This document shows positions 1-7,246 of a stretch of DNA of 13,766 nucleotides, one piece after another; the first letter of the stretch is position 1, and each line of letters opens with the position of its first letter. Under the pieces are notes generated by a model. The model was not told the origin of the DNA, did not search any database, and saw nothing but the letters and a program-made list of their open reading frames with translations. A program made the translations under genes and the position numbers. The DNA is from Campylobacterales bacterium (lineage in GTDB: Bacteria; Campylobacterota; Campylobacteria; Campylobacterales; Sulfurimonadaceae): contig JBBRBK010000053.1 of assembly GCA_038205935.1 (NCBI GenBank), forward strand, positions 1 to 13,766, read 5' to 3'.

Positions 1-480
1 TTGGCTTACATGTAAGTAGTTTTTAAAAATATCAAATCTTTCTAAAAGAGGTTCTATGAGTTCATAAAAAGTTTTATCAAAAAAGATTGTTACTCCTACA
101 ACAGTGGATACAAACCAAAAAATCCAAACACCAAAAAGACCGATAAATGGAGAAAGAAACTCTACAAAATCTGCTCCAAGCGTTCCTCTAAATTCATTTG
201 AAATAATCAAGCCCTGAAAAATGATAAGTGAAAAAAAGATCAATACAGACGCCAAAGTAATTTCCAAAGATCTTAGAGTAAATGTCGGATATCTATACAT
301 GTAATAAAGTGGATAGAGAAGAATAAACGGATAAATATATGAGATATATCCAAAGGTCTCATGGTTAAACTCTCCAAAAAGAGCTCCAAGCTTTCCAATG
401 ATAGAGCTATCGGCTAAAATTGTTGAAACTCCAAGGTAAATAAAAATACCAAAAACTATAATAAATAATATATTTCGCAA
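1..480 (-). CDS. ftsK: DNA translocase FtsK, N-terminal membrane domain (partial; runs off the left edge; absent from the ORF track)
   Basis: Hand translation from TTG at 480-478 (AGGA RBS just upstream) is open for 160 codons to the window edge: MRNILFIIVFGIFIYLGVSTILADSSIIGKLGALFGEFNHETFGYISYIYPFILLYPLYY...GTLGADFVEFLSPFIGLFGVWIFWFVSTVVGVTIFF. About 4 hydrophobic segments and a GxLGA..FG..SY pattern resemble the FtsK 4TM region. flgL followed by ftsK is also the order in Campylobacter jejuni. The ATPase domain is not in the window. Confidence 0.8.
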   Translation of the reverse strand, partial: MRNILFIIVFGIFIYLGVSTILADSSIIGKLGALFGEFNHETFGYISYIYPFILLYPLYYMYRYPTFTLRSLEITLASVLIFFSLIIFQGLIISNEFRGTLGADFVEFLSPFIGLFGVWIFWFVSTVVGVTIFFDKTFYELIEPLLERFDIFKNYLHVSQ

Positions 481-509
481 TAAAAAATCCTAATGTAAAA
501 TGAAAGTGG

Positions 510-518
510 AGTATAGCA
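510..518 (-). promoter_or_regulatory. Extended -10 (sigma70-type) promoter for ftsK, TGCTATACT
   Basis: TGnTATACT on the minus strand about 30 nt upstream of the TTG start, preceded by a T-rich tract. This is typical Campylobacterota sigma70 architecture. Confidence 0.6.
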
Positions 519-542
519 AAAAAAGCAGCCCCAAGGCTACTT
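518..542 (-). terminator. Intrinsic terminator of flgL, overlapping its stop codon
   Basis: Minus strand reads AAGTAGCC-TTGG-GGCTGCTT-TTTTT: an 8-bp stem (one G-U), a 4-nt loop and a U tract. The flgL TAG lies in the 5' arm. Confidence 0.65.
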
Positions 543-2996
543 CATATAATTTACTAAAGAAAGTTGAGAAACTTTGGAGATTGCTGAATAGATAGCTTGA
601 TAGTTTAATTGAATTTGATTGAGTTGTAAAGTTGCCTGTGCTATATCGGTATCAGCGACATCTGAACGCATACTTTGCGCGCTAATGGTAAGAGTTTGTG
701 CACGATCAGAAGCTGCTTGAAGAGACTGTGAATTTACACCTGATTTTGCTTGAAGTGTTGCTATATGACTATCAAGATCATTTATCATCTGAATACCGTT
801 TTGAATCCCAGCATTTCTAAGGTCACCGGTTGATGCATTTGCTCTATATTTGCCCTGTTCTACTGAACTGATAATCGCATTAATACTAGCAAAAAAGTTT
901 GTTTTGGGATCACTGATAGTTAATGCGCTATTTGCATTAAACTCTAAAGAAGAACCAGATGTTTTATTACTAGCAGGTGGGTATGTAGCACTATTAGCAT
1001 CAGTTAATGAAAAATCTGCTTCTGTCTTAGTGCTATTTGTCTGTTGAAATTTAATTTGACCTTTATTGTCAAGCGAAACCTTTGAAGTAAAGTTGGCATT
1101 TGCAATTGCCGCATTATATTCTGTTGGAGTACTAGTGGTTGCCGGAGCTGTAATAGCAGGAAGATTTCCACTTATAATCATATTCATGACATCTGTTAAC
1201 TGTTTATAAGTAACATTGTTACCATCAGTCGGATTTCCTGATGCATCTAGTATAGGATATGTAGTTAGTAGATTTGTTATAGGATTAGTAACTGTAAAAT
1301 TTGAACCACCATCAGCAACAGTTCTAAATGTTATATTTGCATTCATTGCATTTCCATTTATATCTAAACCATTGAGATTAAGTTGTTTAAACACTCCACT
1401 TGATACAAATGGAGAACTACCTGAAACATCTGCAAGTTTTGTACTGTCAGTTGCATATGAATTATCTGAATTAACAATTTGAGGAATATTAGATATAAGC
1501 TGATTCCCAGATTTTGCAAAATTTGCGTTATCATAACTAATACCGGCATCGGATGCGAGGGCAGCAATGGATTGAGGTGTCGGTAAAGACTTATCCATAG
1601 ATGTTAATTGAACATTAATATTATTTGGTTGAGCAGATGTAGAAAAATTGATCTGCCCATTTGAAATATTTGCTGTAAAATCAGTTGCAGATCCCCTATA
1701 TGTATTTTGGATTGAATTTATAAGATCTTGTACTGTCGTTGTTGGCGTTACGGTCAAAGAGCTTGCAACAGTACTAGCATCTATATTTTTACCACCTAAA
1801 CTGATAGAGCCAATATTTGATTGAAAAATATCTGTCAACGGCGTAGTACTTGTAGCTAAATCTCCAGATTTCGTTCTTAAATTCATGTTTAATGTAAAAC
1901 TACCAGGAACAGCTGGATTTTCTGTTTGACCAACTGTAGTTGTATAGCTAGATACTGCACTTTTTGTGAATTCAACTATTGGAGTACCATTATTATTGAG
2001 TTTATCGAGGTCGGTCACAGCACCAGCCTGATCAACATTACCTACCATATGAAAATCAAGTTTCGAACTTCCAGGTAAATTGTCTTGAATCTCAATTTGT
2101 CCTACTGCATTTAAATTGACATTGACAACTTTATTTGTAGATGTATTGCCATATGACTGACCAATCTTATCAAGCAGGCTTTGAACCGTATCACCATCAT
2201 TCATATTGATAGTTGTTTTAAAAGTAGAACCATCATGATTGGTTCCAGCAATATAAAAATGGTTTTGAGAATTTGTATTATTTACAGCAGTACTAGAAGC
2301 ACCCACAAGGTCTCTTATCGTGTCGCTTGGTACTATAAACTGTTGTGTACCACTATTCGCTGGTAATGAAGTACTTGTCATTATTTCTGGATGAAGAACA
2401 GATTGATTTAAATGTTGCACATTTGTTGTAATCATTCTTTTGGTTGTACTTTCTTGGCCCAAAAACATATCAGACCCCGGAACATTATATGCTTGAGTAG
2501 CATTCGAGCCTAAAAAAGATGTCAAAGACTGATCATTTCCAAGATAATTTCCATTAGCGTCTATAGGCTTTTGATTAACCTTAGAACCTGAAAAAATATA
2601 TTGACCATTGATAGATGTATTTGCCAAACTTTTAAGTTGTGTCTCAAGTCCTCTCATCTCACCAGCTAATGCTTTCATACTCTCAGGAGAGTTAGCAGCT
2701 GAAGCAGCCTGTATAAGTTTTGTTTTAAACTGATCGAGAGTTGCTGTAATCGAACTTATAGTTGAATCAGTTTGTTGAGAAAATTTAAGTCCACTGTTTG
2801 CACTCGTAGATACTTGCTTAAAAGTATTTATTTCATTATCAAGTCTCATGGTGTCGGCAAATGAAGTCGGTGCTTCATACGCATATTGAAACTTCTGTCC
2901 CGATGAAATTTGTCTGTTTACATCAAAAAGTTTCTGTGCAACGTTGTTTGAATTGGCATTTTGAACCTGATAATACATACTTTGCGTTATTCTCAT
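537..2996 (-). CDS. flgL: Flagellar hook-associated protein 3 (hook-filament junction), long epsilonproteobacterial form, 819 aa
   Basis: The N-terminus MRITQSMYY...QISSGQK and the NTSINGQYIFSGSK motif fit a flagellin-family N-domain. The C-terminus DTDIAQATLQLNQIQLNYQAIYSAISKVSQLSLVNYM fits FlgL. GGAG RBS at 3004-3007 and a sigma54 promoter upstream. Confidence 0.95.
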   Translation of the reverse strand: MRITQSMYYQVQNANSNNVAQKLFDVNRQISSGQKFQYAYEAPTSFADTMRLDNEINTFKQVSTSANSGLKFSQQTDSTISSITATLDQFKTKLIQAASAANSPESMKALAGEMRGLETQLKSLANTSINGQYIFSGSKVNQKPIDANGNYLGNDQSLTSFLGSNATQAYNVPGSDMFLGQESTTKRMITTNVQHLNQSVLHPEIMTSTSLPANSGTQQFIVPSDTIRDLVGASSTAVNNTNSQNHFYIAGTNHDGSTFKTTINMNDGDTVQSLLDKIGQSYGNTSTNKVVNVNLNAVGQIEIQDNLPGSSKLDFHMVGNVDQAGAVTDLDKLNNNGTPIVEFTKSAVSSYTTTVGQTENPAVPGSFTLNMNLRTKSGDLATSTTPLTDIFQSNIGSISLGGKNIDASTVASSLTVTPTTTVQDLINSIQNTYRGSATDFTANISNGQINFSTSAQPNNINVQLTSMDKSLPTPQSIAALASDAGISYDNANFAKSGNQLISNIPQIVNSDNSYATDSTKLADVSGSSPFVSSGVFKQLNLNGLDINGNAMNANITFRTVADGGSNFTVTNPITNLLTTYPILDASGNPTDGNNVTYKQLTDVMNMIISGNLPAITAPATTSTPTEYNAAIANANFTSKVSLDNKGQIKFQQTNSTKTEADFSLTDANSATYPPASNKTSGSSLEFNANSALTISDPKTNFFASINAIISSVEQGKYRANASTGDLRNAGIQNGIQMINDLDSHIATLQAKSGVNSQSLQAASDRAQTLTISAQSMRSDVADTDIAQATLQLNQIQLNYQAIYSAISKVSQLSLVNYMK

Positions 2997-3038
2997 ATCA
3001 CATCTCCATCTCTCGTGCGTTTACTCATGAAACCTTTT

Positions 3039-3055
3039 AAGCAATAAAAGTTCCA
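3039..3055 (-). promoter_or_regulatory. Sigma54 (RpoN) -24/-12 promoter of flgL
   Basis: Minus strand TGGAAC-TTTTA-TTGCTT gives exact GG-N10-GC spacing and matches the Campylobacter/Helicobacter RpoN consensus. It lies 42 nt before the ATG. Confidence 0.88.
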
Positions 3056-3072
3056 TTAAGGTCAATGCATCT

Positions 3073-3099
3073 ATATCGTCCAATAGATTTATAATTTAA
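3073..3099 (-). promoter_or_regulatory. Possible sigma28 (FliA) promoter upstream of flgL
   Basis: Minus strand TTAA-N15-GACGATAT versus consensus TAAA-N15-GCCGATAA. The CGAT core and spacing are right, but the region is AT-rich. Confidence 0.4.
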
Positions 3100-3136
3100 A
3101 CACGCCTTCTAAATCTTATTTTAATAATTCTTTTTG

Positions 3137-3142
3137 TATAAT
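3137..3142 (+). promoter_or_regulatory. -10 box (TATAAT) of the tRNA promoter
   Basis: Perfect TATAAT 17 nt before the mature tRNA 5' end, preceded by T-rich tracts. Confidence 0.7.
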
Positions 3143-3159
3143 TCTATTCTTCAAAAAAT

Positions 3160-3243
3160 GCCTGCGTGGTGAAATGGTAGACACGGCGGATTCAAAATCC
3201 GCTGTCGCGAGACATGGCGGTTCGAGTCCGCCCGCAGGTACCA
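3160..3243 (+). tRNA. tRNA-Leu (anticodon CAA)
   Basis: Acceptor stem GCCTGCG/CGCAGGT, discriminator A, encoded CCA at 3241-3243. D-loop contains TGGTAG. Anticodon arm is GCGGA-TTCAAAA-TCCGC (CAA at 3193-3195). Long variable arm TGTC-GCGA-GACA and T arm GGCGG-TTCGAGT-CCGCC. Confidence 0.97.
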
Positions 3244-3294
3244 CCTATAAAATCCCTAAAATACTAGCTACATGCAATAGATGATGATAAATAA

Positions 3295-3303
3295 TCTGAT
3301 GTG
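3295..3303 (+). repeat. 9-bp direct repeat TCTGATGTG, left copy (right copy at 7225-7233), bracketing pgaBCD
   Basis: Identical 9-mer seen in both intergenic spacers flanking the pga cluster. Biological meaning is uncertain. Confidence 0.4.
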
Positions 3304-3391
3304 CCAAAAAAAATAATTGACACTATCCCCAATCCTATAGTTCTCACAGATGGACGTCATTGATCTAATAAATGATCACGATAGGATCATC

Positions 3392-3820
3392 TTAAATTTT
3401 TGTCTCCAAACTAGTTATATGACCATGCTCGTCATGGTGAACTGTTACTAATTGACTATTGACACACGCTTCTAATTGAGTCTTGTTCACTTGAAAATAA
3501 TCTGCATATTCATCAGGCTGATATTGCACATGCTTACTTGAGGACATATGTCTATTTAATCTTGATAATATAAATAATACTATAGGTGTAGCAATAAGCA
3601 TAAATAGTGCTTTATGAAAAGGGATAACACCAATATTATTGAGAATAACATCTGATATCTCATCCGGATTTGCTTTCAAAGTGAGTATCTTATAAAATAC
3701 TATAATCAAAGGTTTCCATAGATAAATCCAACCAAGCCAGAGTAAAACGGTTATAAAATCCCAGAACATTCTTTTAGCACGTGGAAGTTCATGACGTTTA
3801 TTGATAATCAAAGTTTCCAT
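3392..3820 (-). CDS. pgaD: PNAG biosynthesis membrane protein PgaD (142 aa; start revised from 3880 to the ATG at 3820)
   Basis: The ATG at 3820 lies 5 nt after the pgaC stop, with an AAGGG RBS. N-terminal LIIN...DFITVLLW, two TM helices and a C-terminal VTVHHDEHGHI are PgaD/HmsS-like. Position after pgaC fits. Confidence 0.85.
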   Translation of the reverse strand: METLIINKRHELPRAKRMFWDFITVLLWLGWIYLWKPLIIVFYKILTLKANPDEISDVILNNIGVIPFHKALFMLIATPIVLFILSRLNRHMSSSKHVQYQPDEYADYFQVNKTQLEACVNSQLVTVHHDEHGHITSLETKI

Positions 3821-3825
3821 AGATT

Positions 3826-5124
3826 CTAACCCTTCACTTTTTTTATCTGTTGGTGCGCGCCACGATCTGGACTCACCCATCTAGCTCTTTTTTGCTTCAT
3901 AAATAAAACTTTTGGAAGCGCAGTCACAGCAGTAAAGAGATTTAAAAACCAAAATGCAAATGGATACCAAATCATCCAAAAATAGTTTTGACCCATCCCT
4001 TTATCATAATGTCCATCCAACCATTTACTGACATAAAACTGGATTAGACATGCACCTATCAAAATAACACTACTCTCATTTGGTAAAATCGGAGAATCTG
4101 TAACCATCAAATATGGAAGATCCATAAATTTATCAAGCACCCAAACCAAAAAGACAATAATCATACTATAAGCCCAAAGCATACTAAGTAGCAACTCAGT
4201 CATAAGACCCCAAAGGTGAGTCTGCTTTGGTTGAAATAAAACCTTAAAGTTTTTTAGCATCACCTGAACACCACCCATAGCCCAACGTAAACGTTGTTTC
4301 CATAGTCCCATCAATGTTTCAGGCATCAAAATCCACACTAGTGCACGAGGTTCAAAACGAACATCCCAACCATTACGCTGGAGTTTCCATGTGATGTCAA
4401 TATCTTCTGTAAGCATATCAGGACTCCAGTAGCCTACTTCATGCACAGCCGCTTTTCTAAAACCTGTAATAACACCAGAAACGGTGAATAAACGTCCAAA
4501 ACTTCTCTGTGCACGTTTAATCATACCAACTATCGAAGAAAATTCTCCAACTTGAATTTTACCAAGTAAACTAGTTCGATTTCGTATACGAGGGTTCCCA
4601 GTAACTGCTGCAACTTGAGGATAACGAATAAAATGCTTTACTATCCAATGTAAACAAAAAGGATCAATCAAGGCATCACCATCGATACCTACTAAATATT
4701 CATATTTAGAAACCAAGGCACCCGCTTGAAGGCCCAGTGCTTTTCCTTGATTTTCTGCAAGATTGACAACTTTTAATTTAGGATTATTTTGGGCTAAACT
4801 TAATAAGATTTCTAATGTGTCATCTTTGCTTCCATCATTAACCGCGATAACTTCAAATTCAGGATATTGAACATTTAAAGCATACGTAATTGTTTCAATA
4901 GCGTTTTGTCCTTCGTTATAACATGGGATTATGATACTTACTCCAGGCCAAGTTTCATTTGCCCGAAGAGGTGGAATGATCTCTTTTAAATAAGGCTTTT
5001 CATTTTTAAAATAAAAGAAAATAGCACCTATCATCCATAAAGTTGACATAAATAATGGATAAAAAAAGATATAACTCAGCATCACCTGCCAAACTACATG
5101 TAACCACACATAAAAAGTTATCAT
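3826..5124 (-). CDS. pgaC: Poly-beta-1,6-N-acetyl-D-glucosamine synthase (GT2), 432 aa
   Basis: Motifs IIIPCYNE, VNDGS, IDGD (DxD), VTGNPRIRNR, TEDIDITW, QRLRW and C-terminal RARWVSPDRG are all PgaC/HmsR hallmarks. AGGGAG RBS. Confidence 0.97.
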   Translation of the reverse strand: MITFYVWLHVVWQVMLSYIFFYPLFMSTLWMIGAIFFYFKNEKPYLKEIIPPLRANETWPGVSIIIPCYNEGQNAIETITYALNVQYPEFEVIAVNDGSKDDTLEILLSLAQNNPKLKVVNLAENQGKALGLQAGALVSKYEYLVGIDGDALIDPFCLHWIVKHFIRYPQVAAVTGNPRIRNRTSLLGKIQVGEFSSIVGMIKRAQRSFGRLFTVSGVITGFRKAAVHEVGYWSPDMLTEDIDITWKLQRNGWDVRFEPRALVWILMPETLMGLWKQRLRWAMGGVQVMLKNFKVLFQPKQTHLWGLMTELLLSMLWAYSMIIVFLVWVLDKFMDLPYLMVTDSPILPNESSVILIGACLIQFYVSKWLDGHYDKGMGQNYFWMIWYPFAFWFLNLFTAVTALPKVLFMKQKRARWVSPDRGAHQQIKKVKG

Positions 5125-5133
5125 AAAGCTCCC

Positions 5134-7164
5134 TTATTTATTCGGTATTAACGTATGTATATAGAGTTTTTTTTGTGCAAAACTCGCTCTAATCGTATCA
5201 GCATCAGGATTATTTTTATATAAATTATCCGGATAATATGCAATATGATTCACCCCTAAATCATATAAATGCTTTATTGTACTACTCAATTCTTCAGAAG
5301 AGATTGCTTCATCTCCTTTTCTCCAGTTTACAGTTTGCAACTCGATAACCGTACGCTCCAACCCACATTTTTGCTCTTTCACATGAGCCACTATCTTATC
5401 ATAAAACTCTTCACTGTTGCTTGCTTGTTCCATATACGGCATTGCCATAATCGCTGTGTAATCGTACATGTTGATCGATTCTGCCAAGCTTTGAGCATAC
5501 CATTCCTGCGCATCTTTATTTAAAGCAACTTGCGCATATAAATTACGTGCTGTAACCAACCCTGGTTGTTCATTTCTTACAATTTGTGATAACTCCATTG
5601 CAAAATCATCCAAATATTTTGTTTTAAGTTTTGTCCATTTTTGAAACTGCTTTCTATCGGCTCTAATTTCTGCCACAGTTGATGACAATCCCCATTTTTT
5701 ATATTGTTCATGCGCCATCTTACTATCATCTTCATAATCAGACAAAGTCACATCATCGTGAAATAATATACCATCAATATACGCTGATTTGCCCAAATCT
5801 TCATAAACCTCTTTGATCACTTTTCTCGCTTTTGCAGAAAATGGAGACAATCTTGGATAACCCATATTGAGGTGAGTAGGATCAACTTGCAAAGTTACCA
5901 CTGTATCTTTCGCTGCTGGATTATTTTGCGGTAACTGCCAAGCTATCATCGGCATCCAAGCATAGATACGTTTTACCTGTGTACGAGTTCCTATCTGCCA
6001 AGCAACACGGTTAAATAGATCCGCTCTCACAGGTAGATTTCTATTTGGAAAATAAACTGCGTCCGCTGCACCATTTGCATCTGGATCAGCAAAAGCTTGA
6101 AGATAAACAGTGTTTACACCCAACTTTTTTATACGTTCAAGCAGATCGCCTAAGTTTTTCTCTGTTTGAGCCGGATCTTTATCATAGATATAATCCATAT
6201 CTATATGTGCTGCTTTCGTTGCACGGTCATCGTCGGTGAAATTAGCATTTCTGACCCACATATCTTGATCTAAATCTTTCAGAGTCATTTTGCCATCAAC
6301 CAATATACGACGAAGTCCCCATAATGGTGTTTTGCGAGTATTACTGCCATCATCCAATGTTAAACCCACTGGCATCCCTAATTCCTCTGCAATATGACGC
6401 ACTTCCATATTATAATGTCCATATGGCCAAACCATCACGCGAGGTTTTTGCCCTGTATATTTCTCTAAAAATGTATTGTTTTCCAATAAATCTTTATATA
6501 TTCGTTTCTTATAACTTTTTTCATCTTCATACTGTTTTTTATCAGTAAGCCATTGACGAGTTGTCACGGCAGGCTCCATATTGCCCTGAGGATTACCGAT
6601 GATGCCATGATGAAGGCCATAACTATGACTGCCAATTTCTACAAGTCCACTTGCCACCATCTCTTTGATCTCTTTTTGACCCAAAAATTTATTTCTAGCA
6701 ATAATTTGACCACTAAAATCTACTTTATCTTTAGATTTCAACCAGTTACCTACGAGGGCGATTACTGTTGGAATCTTATATGTTTTGATAATCGGATATG
6801 CATTTTCATAAACTGACTGATATCCATCATCAAAAGTAATCAACACCGCTTTATCTGGTAATGGCTTCCCATGTTGACGATACTTTAAGATGTCATCTAC
6901 ATTGATAAAATGGTAACCGTTATCTAACAACCAACGCATTTGTTCCTCGAAATGTGCAGGACTAACAGTATAAGTTGTATCGAGAGTTTCACCCTTTTCT
7001 GCGATTTCGTGGTAACTAAGGATCGTAAACTCATTCATATTTTGATCACGACTACACATATTTGGCAACTCACGTGCGCTGAGATGGCTTCCCATAAGAG
7101 AAATTAACACAAAAAAGAGTGCCAATATTGGTTTCAAACCATTCAATTTATCTTGTTTTATCAT
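5134..7164 (-). CDS. pgaB: PNAG N-deacetylase (CE4) plus GH153 glycoside hydrolase, 676 aa
   Basis: CE4 motifs ILSYH, TFDDGY, HSYGLH and VWPYG. C-terminal domain motifs VYLQAFADP, ADLFNRVAWQ, GILFHDD, TARN and MAMPYME. N-terminal signal peptide. Confidence 0.97.
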   Translation of the reverse strand: MIKQDKLNGLKPILALFFVLISLMGSHLSARELPNMCSRDQNMNEFTILSYHEIAEKGETLDTTYTVSPAHFEEQMRWLLDNGYHFINVDDILKYRQHGKPLPDKAVLITFDDGYQSVYENAYPIIKTYKIPTVIALVGNWLKSKDKVDFSGQIIARNKFLGQKEIKEMVASGLVEIGSHSYGLHHGIIGNPQGNMEPAVTTRQWLTDKKQYEDEKSYKKRIYKDLLENNTFLEKYTGQKPRVMVWPYGHYNMEVRHIAEELGMPVGLTLDDGSNTRKTPLWGLRRILVDGKMTLKDLDQDMWVRNANFTDDDRATKAAHIDMDYIYDKDPAQTEKNLGDLLERIKKLGVNTVYLQAFADPDANGAADAVYFPNRNLPVRADLFNRVAWQIGTRTQVKRIYAWMPMIAWQLPQNNPAAKDTVVTLQVDPTHLNMGYPRLSPFSAKARKVIKEVYEDLGKSAYIDGILFHDDVTLSDYEDDSKMAHEQYKKWGLSSTVAEIRADRKQFQKWTKLKTKYLDDFAMELSQIVRNEQPGLVTARNLYAQVALNKDAQEWYAQSLAESINMYDYTAIMAMPYMEQASNSEEFYDKIVAHVKEQKCGLERTVIELQTVNWRKGDEAISSEELSSTIKHLYDLGVNHIAYYPDNLYKNNPDADTIRASFAQKKLYIHTLIPNK

Positions 7165-7197
7165 TCAATCACTTCTTTACAAAAATTAATAGCTGTT

Positions 7198-7203
7198 ATT
7201 ATA
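7198..7203 (-). promoter_or_regulatory. -10 box (TATAAT) likely driving pgaBCD
   Basis: Perfect TATAAT on the minus strand 33 nt upstream of the pgaB ATG, inside the 82-bp spacer. Confidence 0.55.
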
Positions 7204-7224
7204 CTTAACATAGCCTTGAAAATC

Positions 7225-7233
7225 TCTGATGTG
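7225..7233 (+). repeat. 9-bp direct repeat TCTGATGTG, right copy
   Basis: Matches 3295-3303 exactly and lies just outside the pgaB -10 box. Confidence 0.4.
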
Positions 7234-7246
7234 TGATTTTTAGATG

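Noticed and set aside
537..2996. FlgL is very long (819 aa) with a large S/T/N-rich middle
   Set aside because: FlgL of roughly 750-830 aa is normal in Campylobacter/Helicobacter, and I saw no exact internal repeats.
3221..3243. Duplicate of the tRNA 3' end (attR) or an integrase defining a classical genomic island
   Set aside because: I found no second copy in the 7165-7246 or 9656-9748 spacers, and there is no recombinase ORF in the window.
3291..3307. TTGGCAC on the minus strand resembling a sigma54 -24 box antisense to the tRNA
   Set aside because: There is no GC at the -12 position (it reads TTGGCAC-ATCAG-ATTAT).
3317..3341. TTGACA ... TATAGT as a sigma70 promoter antisense to pgaD
   Set aside because: The spacer is only 13 bp.
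3821..3880. 20-aa N-terminal extension of PgaD overlapping pgaC
   Set aside because: The ATG at 3820 has an RBS, follows the pgaC stop and matches the usual PgaD start.
5167..5174. A8 tract near the pgaB 3' end (similar tract in flgA) as a phase-variation site
   Set aside because: Short A/T runs are expected at this composition and the frames are intact. There are no long poly-G/C tracts of the Campylobacter contingency type.
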